Below, piece by piece: positions 53,380-60,528 of a DNA stretch of 64,000 bases; the stretch's first letter is position 1, and every line of letters begins with the position of its first letter. Location of the stretch: the IMG/VR virus record IMGVR_UViG_3300004481_000138, one strand, 5' to 3'. The notes beneath the pieces are model-generated. The model did no database searches, was not told the DNA's origin, and saw only the letters and a program-made list of their open reading frames with translations. Made by a program: the position numbers and the translations under genes. The stretch comes from an uncultured virus (IMG/VR IMGVR_UViG_3300004481_000138) (taxonomy: Duplodnaviria; Heunggongvirae; Uroviricota; Caudoviricetes).

Positions 53380-55239
53380 TTATTGATTTAGTAAAAGATT
53401 AATAATTGTGTCTTTTTCTAGGCTTTGTGGGGATAAATCAATATCTGCCTCTGTCTTATCTTCTACTATTTTTGCTCCTGCCTGCACTAATAATTCATTC
53501 AAATTTATTGTATTTCTATAATAATCATACAGATAATTCTTACTATGAATAACATAATCACGTCCTGATGATGTAATGTTATTTCCGATATATGTTTCAG
53601 CAAAATAAAATTTGCTTCCTTCACTTGTTACAACTAATAATCCAAGTATTTTCTGTTTTTGATTGATTTTAGTATTAGTTAATGTTAAGATATTGTTTGG
53701 GTTGACTGTATAATTATGTTTGAAATCGTCTGGTTTTTCTTTTGCAACAATTATTTGGAATGGAACCTCAGTCTCTTCTTTATAGTTATAATAATTAAGA
53801 TTTATAATATATGATTTTTCTGTTTGTCTTTTTACATATAAAAATTCACTTGCACCATTAGGTTTTTGAGCATCAGTCATATCACCTGAAAATAATACTG
53901 ATGAATTACTATCTCTCCAATAACCGTCCCAACCAACTTTTCCATCCATATTAATCATTGAAAGGTCTAAGTCAATCCTATTGTGTTTTACATTCTCCCA
54001 ATGCACACCAACAATCATATCATTTGGTATTGTTATGTATGTTCCAGAAGGAAATACTCCTGTGAACTGTTTTTCTGTTGCTGGAAGCGCATAATTTATA
54101 TATTCAGGAATATATATCTTTTTACCTTTTACTTTCAAGTCTTTAACTATTGAGGCAATAACTATCTCATATATTTTTTTAGCATAAGATTGTTTGTCAA
54201 ATTCAAAGCTTGTAGCATAGCTTTTACCATTTCTTATTTTGTATAATATTGAGGATACTTCTCTTGTTCTGAATTTTAAAGCGTATGCTAATCTTATTTT
54301 TCTAAAGATATTAGCTTCATCTAATTCTTTTTGTAGTTCATTTTTGTTTATTCTTGTTATGTTTGCAGTTATATTATTTAAGTAGTCTTCTTTCATTGGT
54401 TTATGATTTTTTACTGCTAATTTTCTTATTTTATTAATTATTTGTGAAAGTTGTGGTTTCTTTTGCTTAAATGCTAAGAATAATGGTTTGTATCTGTAAA
54501 AAATTTCTGAAAGCTTTTCATATCCATATTTTTTGTCATATTTTATTAATAGTGAACCAATATATGCATGTTCTTTGTATTCTTTTATATCATTAATTAT
54601 TTTTTTATTCTTAATAATCAATGTTTTCTTTGTTGATGTATATACTAATAAGCGTAAGAACTCTATCGGATTCTCTGGTATTATATGCAGTTTACTACCT
54701 AATATTATCTTGACCTCCTTATTTTTTATGCTGTCAATCTTGTCTAATTCAACTAATTTAGCTACTTCTACCACGTCATTTATTGTTTCTTCACTCAATG
54801 CAATGCCTGTTTCAAGTAATGCCAATAGTTTTTCTTTCAATTCTTTTTTTGTGTATCCTTTAATAACTATTAGTTCAATATCATTTTTTATGGCATCAAG
54901 TTTTTCAGCTGGGATAAATACTGTATCTTTACTGTATGCATCAACAGATTCTAATCCATATGTTGTGAAATAGTGTATGATTTGCTCTAAGAATAATTGT
55001 TCTATACTACTATTAGCAACTTTTTTCCATGACTTATGGAACGAGTTATTCAATTGTTCTGAGGAACTTCCTAAATCTTTAGCAATCTTTATTAATTCGT
55101 TCTCTTCATAATTGTATATGACTTGTGGTGAGAATACTATGCCATATTTAATAGTTTCTTTTAGAAGATTTTTTGATGGTTGTTTAGTCTTTTTTGACGA
55201 TATTTCTAGTGCTTTGAATAGTTTTATTGTTGCATTCAT
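53380..55239 (-). CDS. Large helical protein with C-terminal TerD-like domain
   Basis: N-terminal FHKSW..EQIIHYFTTYG; C-terminal HW..RIDLDLS..GWDG..FSGDMTDA..GASEF, the TerD-like signature. Confidence 0.6.
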   Translation of the reverse strand: MNATIKLFKALEISSKKTKQPSKNLLKETIKYGIVFSPQVIYNYEENELIKIAKDLGSSSEQLNNSFHKSWKKVANSSIEQLFLEQIIHYFTTYGLESVDAYSKDTVFIPAEKLDAIKNDIELIVIKGYTKKELKEKLLALLETGIALSEETINDVVEVAKLVELDKIDSIKNKEVKIILGSKLHIIPENPIEFLRLLVYTSTKKTLIIKNKKIINDIKEYKEHAYIGSLLIKYDKKYGYEKLSEIFYRYKPLFLAFKQKKPQLSQIINKIRKLAVKNHKPMKEDYLNNITANITRINKNELQKELDEANIFRKIRLAYALKFRTREVSSILYKIRNGKSYATSFEFDKQSYAKKIYEIVIASIVKDLKVKGKKIYIPEYINYALPATEKQFTGVFPSGTYITIPNDMIVGVHWENVKHNRIDLDLSMINMDGKVGWDGYWRDSNSSVLFSGDMTDAQKPNGASEFLYVKRQTEKSYIINLNYYNYKEETEVPFQIIVAKEKPDDFKHNYTVNPNNILTLTNTKINQKQKILGLLVVTSEGSKFYFAETYIGNNITSSGRDYVIHSKNYLYDYYRNTINLNELLVQAGAKIVEDKTEADIDLSPQSLEKDTIINLLLNQ

Positions 55240-55260
55240 TTTTTCACCAACTTTTATGTA

Positions 55261-55321
55261 TCATAGCGGAGAGTAAGTTGAAACCAAATTGATGGATTTT
55301 TAGGAACTCTCTATGCCATGA
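55261..55321 (-). ncRNA. Structured hairpin motif, copy 2 (proximal to the TerD-like gene)
   Basis: UCAUGGC-AUA-GAGAGUUCCUA..UUACUCUC-C-GCUAUGA. Confidence 0.65.
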
Positions 55322-55329
55322 ATGTGAAG

Positions 55330-55392
55330 TGACAAGCGGAAAGTAATTTTTCGTTTGAGTTGAGTTTTTATAGGAACTTTCGTTGCCTGTCA
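55330..55392 (-). ncRNA. Structured hairpin motif, copy 1
   Basis: UGACAGGC-AAC-GAAAGUUCCUA..UUACUUUC-C-GCUUGUCA; covaries with copy 2. Confidence 0.65.
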
Positions 55393-55411
55393 ATAGTATA
55401 ATATTCGTTTA

Positions 55412-55430
55412 ATATATAAAGTTTATGATT
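55412..55430 (-). promoter_or_regulatory. AATCATAAACTTTATATA promoter (BRE/TATA-like)
   Basis: Near-identical copies at 56191-56210 (-), 59395-59414 (-) and 48264-48282 (+). Confidence 0.65.
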
Positions 55431-55505
55431 TTTAAACACCCTGACTGCCTAACTGCAGCAATTACTAAGACTTTACTAATCTTTACTAAATTAGTAATTC
55501 CAAAA

Positions 55506-55588
55506 TACCGGATGCAGGATTCGAACCTGCGGTAGCACTAAGCCATTGGGTCTAGACCAATGCTGGTTGACCTCTGCAGCAATCCGGT
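55506..55588 (-). tRNA. tRNA-Leu(TAG), C33
   Basis: Cloverleaf with long variable arm; loop TC-TAG-AC. Confidence 0.8.
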
Positions 55589-55591
55589 GTA

Positions 55592-55703
55592 TGCGAGGAG
55601 TAGGATTTGCACCCACGGTGTGAAACTTATTCAACCAGATATCTCAGCTAGTCTTGAGTTTAGCCCTTAAGTCTGGCCCCTTCGACTACTCGAGCATCCT
55701 CGC
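55592..55703 (-). tRNA. tRNA-Leu(TAA) with 25-nt BHB intron at 37/38
   Basis: CTTA/TGAG central helix, AGG and ATA bulges, GCTA/TAGC outer helix. Confidence 0.85.
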
Positions 55704-55707
55704 TTTA

Positions 55708-55797
55708 TGGAGCTGTGGGGAATTGAACCCCATGCATCCTCATCTCTTTACCATTATGGTATGCAAGTGAGGCGGTCTACCGATGGCCTACAGTCCC
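55708..55797 (-). tRNA. tRNA-Ala(TGC) with 18-nt intron
   Basis: G3:U70; CCTCA/TGAGG stem; relaxed BHB. Confidence 0.8.
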
Positions 55798-55798
55798 A

Positions 55799-55873
55799 TG
55801 GAGCCACCAGAGGGATTTGAACCCTCACCCAGCTGCTTACAGGGCAGTCGCACGACCGTCGTGCTGTGATGGC
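55799..55873 (-). tRNA. tRNA-Thr(TGT), C33, encoded CCA
   Basis: GCCATCA/TGGTGGC, U73; loop CC-TGT-AA; C8/G14. Confidence 0.75.
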
Positions 55874-55879
55874 GGTTGA

Positions 55880-55950
55880 TGGGGTTACCGTGATTTGCAC
55901 ACGGGCTGACGGTTCTGGAGACCGTTATGCTCCTGCTACATTACAACCCC
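55880..55950 (-). tRNA. tRNA-Trp(CCA)
   Basis: ACGGT-CTCCAGA-ACCGT. Confidence 0.8.
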
Positions 55951-56026
55951 TGGCGTAGCCAAAGAGACTTGCACTCTTACCCTCGTGCTTAACAGGCACG
56001 TGCTCCACTACTTGAGCTATGGCCAC
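55951..56026 (-). tRNA. tRNA-Asn(GTT), encoded CCA
   Basis: CGTGC-CTGTTAA-GCACG, G73. Confidence 0.85.
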
Positions 56027-56215
56027 AGAGTTTATTTAAGCCAGAAAATTCTGGTTTTTTTTTTGAAATGTTTGTTTTAGAATTTTAATGGCTTAAATAA
56101 AACATTTAGTTGGTGAGCGAACTACTCAATAATAGATTCGCCGTCCAATTACATGCTGTTATATATGCCATAGTATAATAAATCGATACTTATATATAAA
56201 GTTTATGATTTTTTA

Positions 56216-56725
56216 TTAGTCGTCGTCCACATCCTCATCTAAGTTTGTCATTAAAAATCTTATAAGTTGCCCAAGTAACTCTAGTGATATTTCTATGCTT
56301 ATTCCTTCCTCTTTAACCAATCTTTTTCTTAATTGCTTGTTCTGTTTTTTCATCACTTTCCAATTTATTTCTTCAATCTTATGTATTTTGTATGTTGCAC
56401 CCCAAAATGTTAATATATTCTTTCCTCTATGATAACCATTATGACAACTTTTGCATAATGTTATACAGTTTTTGATGCTGTCCTTACCATTATTTTTCTG
56501 GAATTTGACATGATGCATTGTTAATGGACTATTAGTATGTTTACAATCTTTATTAATGCATTTAAATCCGTCTCTTTGGAATACCAAGCATTTCAAGATA
56601 TATTTTTCATAAATCCTTATTTTTAGTTCATTATTTAGTTGTGTTAGGCTGTTTTCATCCCATGTGCTAAAATAACTACCTAAGTCCTTTATATTCCTGT
56701 ATATTTCATAATTTTCGTTTTTCAT
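56216..56725 (-). CDS. HNH endonuclease
   Basis: VFQRDGFKC..C..MHHV..NGKDSIKNCITLCKSCH. Confidence 0.8.
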   Translation of the reverse strand: MKNENYEIYRNIKDLGSYFSTWDENSLTQLNNELKIRIYEKYILKCLVFQRDGFKCINKDCKHTNSPLTMHHVKFQKNNGKDSIKNCITLCKSCHNGYHRGKNILTFWGATYKIHKIEEINWKVMKKQNKQLRKRLVKEEGISIEISLELLGQLIRFLMTNLDEDVDDD

Positions 56726-56732
56726 TTTTTAT

Positions 56733-57389
56733 TTACCTTGCTGGAACTTGTATTTTACTCAACCAATACTTTTCAGTATCAACATTCATAATGGCAAGTT
56801 TACCAAGCCAACCTACACCACAGTCCATCATTATAAGTTTTCCAAAACGTATTGGATTATTATATTGATAGGTTTGTGTGGTTGTATGGCCTACAAATAC
56901 ACGTTCATATTCTTTGATTTTTAATCCATTTCTACATCTTTCAATCAAGTCTCTATCCCATGTTAAAGTGTGCCTATCCTGTTTATCTATAGGAAATTTT
57001 GGATTATATCCGCCATGAACAAACAATCTATTGTTTTCTATATAGTAATACACACCGTTATTAAAAAAGTTTTGATGTGTAACTGGTATCATGTATTTAA
57101 ATTGAGCATAAGATTTTATTGTGTTTTTTCCACCTTGTGAAAGCCATATATCTTCACTCCAACCACTTTTCATATAATCCATAAACCATTCATCATGATT
57201 GCCCATTATAAATACTATATTTTTGATTTTAAGTAATTCTTCAACTACTTCATAAGTGTTATATCCACCATCAGTTACATCTCCTAATACTATAAGTTTG
57301 TCCTCATCATAGTTAAATTTACATAAACTTAAAACTTCTTTTAATGCTTCAATTCTTCCGTGGATGTCGCCAATCACAAATGTTGCCAT
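56733..57389 (-). CDS. Calcineurin-like metallophosphoesterase (PPP/ApaH-like)
   Basis: GDIHG, GDVTDGG, GNHD, VHGG, GHT motifs. Confidence 0.9.
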   Translation of the reverse strand: MATFVIGDIHGRIEALKEVLSLCKFNYDEDKLIVLGDVTDGGYNTYEVVEELLKIKNIVFIMGNHDEWFMDYMKSGWSEDIWLSQGGKNTIKSYAQFKYMIPVTHQNFFNNGVYYYIENNRLFVHGGYNPKFPIDKQDRHTLTWDRDLIERCRNGLKIKEYERVFVGHTTTQTYQYNNPIRFGKLIMMDCGVGWLGKLAIMNVDTEKYWLSKIQVPAR

Positions 57390-57393
57390 TGTA

Positions 57394-57465
57394 TGGGAAG
57401 ACAGGGAGTTGCACCCTGATGACTACGGCTTCAGCGTAGCGCATTCCTGGTTCTGCCATCTTCCC
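57394..57465 (-). tRNA. tRNA-Phe(GAA)
   Basis: CTACG-CTGAAGC-CGTAG. Confidence 0.8.
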
Positions 57466-57472
57466 TTGAGAG

Positions 57473-57545
57473 GTTAATAGTTGGGGGTTGAACCCAATCT
57501 TCTGGTGTCACAAACCAGTGTGCAAACCTTTACACCACTATTAAC
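57473..57545 (-). tRNA. tRNA-His(GTG) with encoded G-1:C73
   Basis: CTGGT-TTGTGAC-ACCAG. Confidence 0.85.
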
Positions 57546-57548
57546 ACA

Positions 57549-57622
57549 TGAGCTTGCTGGAATTTGAATCCAGACCCTCTCGTTCGTGGCGAGATATGAT
57601 ATCCTAATTTCACTACAAGCCC
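57549..57622 (-). tRNA. tRNA-Arg(ACG), A34 and C33
   Basis: TCTCG-CCACGAA-CGAGA; A20 present. Confidence 0.8.
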
Positions 57623-57628
57623 TTTAAA

Positions 57629-57703
57629 TGACCTTACTGGGAATTGAACCCAGGTTATTCCTGCTTAGAAGGCAGGTGCCATCATCCATTAGGCGATAAG
57701 GCC
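57629..57703 (-). tRNA. tRNA-Arg(TCT)
   Basis: CCTGC-CTTCTAA-GCAGG. Confidence 0.85.
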
Positions 57704-57708
57704 ATGTA

Positions 57709-57780
57709 TGGAAATACTGAGAGTTGAACTCAGTTTGCCTGCGTATCAGGCAGGTAGCCTAACCGTTAGCTGATATTTCC
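57709..57780 (-). tRNA. tRNA-Ile(GAT)
   Basis: CCTGC-CTGATAC-GCAGG. Confidence 0.85.
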
Positions 57781-57785
57781 ATATA

Positions 57786-57857
57786 TACAGGAACGGAGAA
57801 TTGAACTCCGATAACTGATGCATAAGACCAGCTCACTAACCATTGTGATATTCCTGT
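57786..57857 (-). tRNA. tRNA-Ile(TAT)
   Basis: CTGGT-CTTATGC-ATCAG; G37. Confidence 0.8.
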
Positions 57858-57861
57858 GTAA

Positions 57862-57933
57862 CGATGCCAACGGGATTTGCACCCGTGTCCAAGGATAGAC
57901 AGTCCAAGATGCTAACTTCTACACCATGGCATC
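57862..57933 (-). tRNA. tRNA-Asp(GTC), weak anticodon stem
   Basis: TTGGA-CTGTCTA-TCCTT (two U-U mismatches), G73. Confidence 0.7.
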
Positions 57934-57937
57934 ATAA

Positions 57938-58012
57938 TGGGGCACACGCGATTTGAACGCGCATTCTCTTGGTCCCAGGCCAAGGATGTTTACCAAGTTA
58001 CACTAATGCCCC
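57938..58012 (-). tRNA. tRNA-Pro(TGG), C33
   Basis: CTTGG-CCTGGGA-CCAAG. Confidence 0.8.
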
Positions 58013-58020
58013 TTTACTAA

Positions 58021-58095
58021 TGCTCCCAACGGAATTTGAATCCGTGTTTTCAGATTGAAAGTCTGATGTGATTATCCTGGCTACACCATGGGAGC
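58021..58095 (-). tRNA. tRNA-Glu(TTC)
   Basis: TCAGA-CTTTCAA-TCTGA. Confidence 0.85.
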
Positions 58096-58101
58096 ATTTG
58101 C

Positions 58102-58175
58102 AACGGTGTCAGTTCCAGACCTGACCGTGAACTTCCTTTCAGAAGTCCAGTTGGATTTGAACCAACGTCCCCGTC
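58102..58175 (-). ncRNA. Circularly permuted tRNA-like RNA (T arm, loop-closed acceptor stem, D arm)
   Basis: GACGG-GGAC-GTTGG TTCAAAT CCAAC-TGGACTTC-TGAAAG-GAAGTTCA-CG-GTCA GGTCTGGAAC TGAC-A-CCGTT. Confidence 0.7.
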
Positions 58176-58177
58176 TA

Positions 58178-58252
58178 TGCGGCTACCCAGATTTGAACTG
58201 GGACCGTCATCGGTGTAAACGATGTGCCATGTCCAGATTAGACCATAGCCGC
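58178..58252 (-). tRNA. tRNA-Val(TAC)
   Basis: CATCG-TTTACAC-CGATG. Confidence 0.85.
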
Positions 58253-58357
58253 TTATTTTAATGGCAATTCATTTATTATGCTGTTCTCAGGTAAGGGGTC
58301 TTGCCACCATTTATGTAGTTTAAGTCTGTCATACAATTCATTTATTGTTTCCATGGA

Positions 58358-58428
58358 TGCAGTTGCTGGGATTTGAACCCAAAACACCTCCTTGGTGGAG
58401 AGGTATGATACCATTTCACCACAACTGC
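58358..58428 (-). tRNA. tRNA-Gly(ACC), A34 and C33
   Basis: GCAGTTG/CAACTGC; CCTCT-CCACCAA-GGAGG. Confidence 0.75.
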
Positions 58429-58431
58429 GTA

Positions 58432-58502
58432 TGCGTCAGGCGAGAGTTGAACTCGCGCAGCCTGCTTGGAAGGCAGGAATGCTACCGTAACATTTCTGAC
58501 GC
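58432..58502 (-). tRNA. tRNA-Gly(TCC)
   Basis: CCTGC-CTTCCAA-GCAGG; A8/T14. Confidence 0.8.
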
Positions 58503-58507
58503 ATGAA

Positions 58508-58596
58508 TGCTCCTGGCCAGATTTGAACTGGCGTCTCAAAGTTTCTTCATTATTAATTCCAAAGCCTTGTATGCTTGGCCGCTACACCACAGGAGT
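58508..58596 (-). tRNA. tRNA-Gln(TTG) with 16-nt BHB intron
   Basis: CAAGG/CTTTG stem; CTTT/GAAG helix with GGA and AAA bulges. Confidence 0.8.
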
Positions 58597-58602
58597 ATAT
58601 AA

Positions 58603-58676
58603 TATCCCTGCCAAGATTTGAACTTGGGTTCTTCCGTTCCAGAGACGGATGACTTTAACCACTCGTCTACAGGGAT
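58603..58676 (-). tRNA. tRNA-Gln(CTG)
   Basis: TCCGT-CTCTGGA-ACGGA; A1-U72. Confidence 0.85.
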
Positions 58677-58679
58677 ATA

Positions 58680-58755
58680 TGGCGGGTCTGCACAGATTTT
58701 CACTGTGATTCTCCTGGGTAAGAGCCAGGTATGTTATTATTTACACCACAGACCC
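58680..58755 (-). tRNA. tRNA-Lys(CTT), encoded CCA
   Basis: CCTGG-CTCTTAC-CCAGG, G73. Confidence 0.8.
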
Positions 58756-58834
58756 TTCATGCCAACCTCCTCAGCACCCACAAGCATACAGAGGCAACCA
58801 GTTATTTCAAACCATGGGACGGTTTTAGCATGAA
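58756..58834 (-). ncRNA. Unassigned 79-nt structured spacer RNA
   Basis: Closing stem TTCATGCTAA/TTGGCATGAA exactly fills the gap between two tRNAs; inner hairpins AAACC/GGTTT and CCTC/GAGG. Confidence 0.5.
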
Positions 58835-58969
58835 CGGGTTTGCTGGGTATCGAACCCAGACCTCACTGCTAACTCCAGGATGTACTCACTCCCACATGGT
58901 TTTGCAGTTGTGTAGTCAACCTATCCATCCTTAAAAGGCAGGTGCGCTATGCCATTACGCCACAAACCC
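58835..58969 (-). tRNA. tRNA-Lys(TTT) with ~61-nt intron
   Basis: CT-TTT-A then intron closed by AGGATG/CATCCT; CTTT/GGAG helix and TTA bulge; G73. Confidence 0.75.
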
Positions 58970-59043
58970 TGGTCTGCTTGTTGGAAATCGAATCCAAATA
59001 TGACGGGCTACAGCCGTTTGCATTACCTTTATGCTACAAGCAG
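58970..59043 (-). tRNA. tRNA-Tyr(GTA), archaeal type, encoded CCA
   Basis: C1-G72, A73, short variable loop; loop CT-GTA-GC. Confidence 0.85.
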
Positions 59044-59048
59044 TTATA

Positions 59049-59123
59049 TAGAGATATCCGGATTTGAACCGGAACTCTTCGGCTCATGAGGCCGACGGTT
59101 TAACCAAATTAGCCTATATCTCT
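59049..59123 (-). tRNA. tRNA-Met(CAT)
   Basis: TCGGC-CTCATGA-GCCGA; A1-U72 (initiator-like) but without the three consecutive G-C anticodon pairs. Confidence 0.8.
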
Positions 59124-60528
59124 ATTTATGTATAGAATCTTTTTCTTGTTCCCATAAAGGGAAAGTATAAAAAATTTCTTAGAAAATTTCTCAAAATGGG
59201 AGCAATGAAAGATTTTATGATTGCCTGCCGACTATAAAGTATGCAGGCACAATTCGCTCTCCGTGTTCCATTTTGTCTATCATAAAGTGTGAATGTATTT
59301 TACCTCAAAAAAAATTCATCTGGCGACGTTGACCGTTTTCATTACAGGCATCACCAGGGGTCATTTATTAATTCTATTATAGTAAAACATTACTAATATT
59401 TAAAGTTTATGATTTTAATGATGGTTTAATCAAGTTTTTTGGTATCTTTAAGTCTAGTAAAACACCTGTTATTTTTACTTTCAAACCCATTTTTTCTAGC
59501 TCCTTCTTTATATCATGTGGAGTCCATGGATTATTTTTCGGAATAATTATATCAATAGTGCATTTCATTTTGTTTCAACTCTTTTATCAATTTCCTTCTA
59601 GGACTACAAATATGTGGCAGACTAAGTATATCTCTACCTACTATAAGACCACAATATGGACATTTTTCAATCATTTCACATCAGCCTCTTCTCCTTCAAA
59701 TTTTTCTCTTATATGTTTTACATACCCTTTGAGTTCTTGTCTTAACATTTCTTCAAGTGTTGCTTCTCTCCCATCCAGCCAACGATATGTTTTGGCATAT
59801 TCTTTCTTGATATGGCAGTGTGTGATTTTGTATTCTTCACCAAATCTTTGTCCAATAATAAATCCCAAAACCGCATCATCATTTGATGGAAGATGTTTAA
59901 AATTATGATTTATTAATGATGTGAAGAGAAAGCAACTGCTTCTCAAAGATAATAAAATAATGTCATCTTCTTTAAATATTATCTTTCTTCGAGTATCTTT
60001 CTCGTATTCTTTCTGGAGTTGTAAGAATTTATTGTAGATATCAGAATCCAATTCTTTAATATAGCTATTAATCATTTTGTGTCATTTCCTCTCTTTCACC
60101 TTACTCCTTATGCCCATATATTATCATACGCTCAATACCTGAAAGCTTCACAGCAACAAGTGTGTCTCTAATGGTATTTTTCACCTTAAGATATTGCTGA
60201 TATGCATTATTATACTCACGGGTACGCACATCAGGATTCTCGAAAACATTAGTTCTCACAGCATATACCTTTATCAACATCTTCAACGAATCCACAAGTA
60301 TTTCCATATCATCCATACACATCACCTTTTATATTATTATCCTGTTCGGACTTATTCGTTATTCTCGGGGTTGTTACCCCATTATCCGAACAGGATTGTT
60401 TATTTAATGGACAGTATATATTAAGACATTCTATATTATCACATTCAAACCCTTTAAAATTCAGGCATTGCCTGGCTATCTTAATAAGGTTGGGTCTATC
60501 TTCATCTATTGTTTTAGACATTTTTTCA

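Noticed and set aside
55261..55392. Mini-CRISPR array
   Set aside because: Only two units, conserved as covarying stems around a variable loop rather than identical repeats; no cas genes
55506..55588. Amber-suppressor (CTA) reading of the first tRNA
   Set aside because: The 5-bp stem ATTGG/CCAAT centres the loop on TAG; long variable arm and A73 fit Leu; ORFs show no sign of TAG read-through
58342..58934. ORF-track calls 58342..58539, 58618..58833 and 58731..58934
   Set aside because: They overlap well-formed tRNA genes
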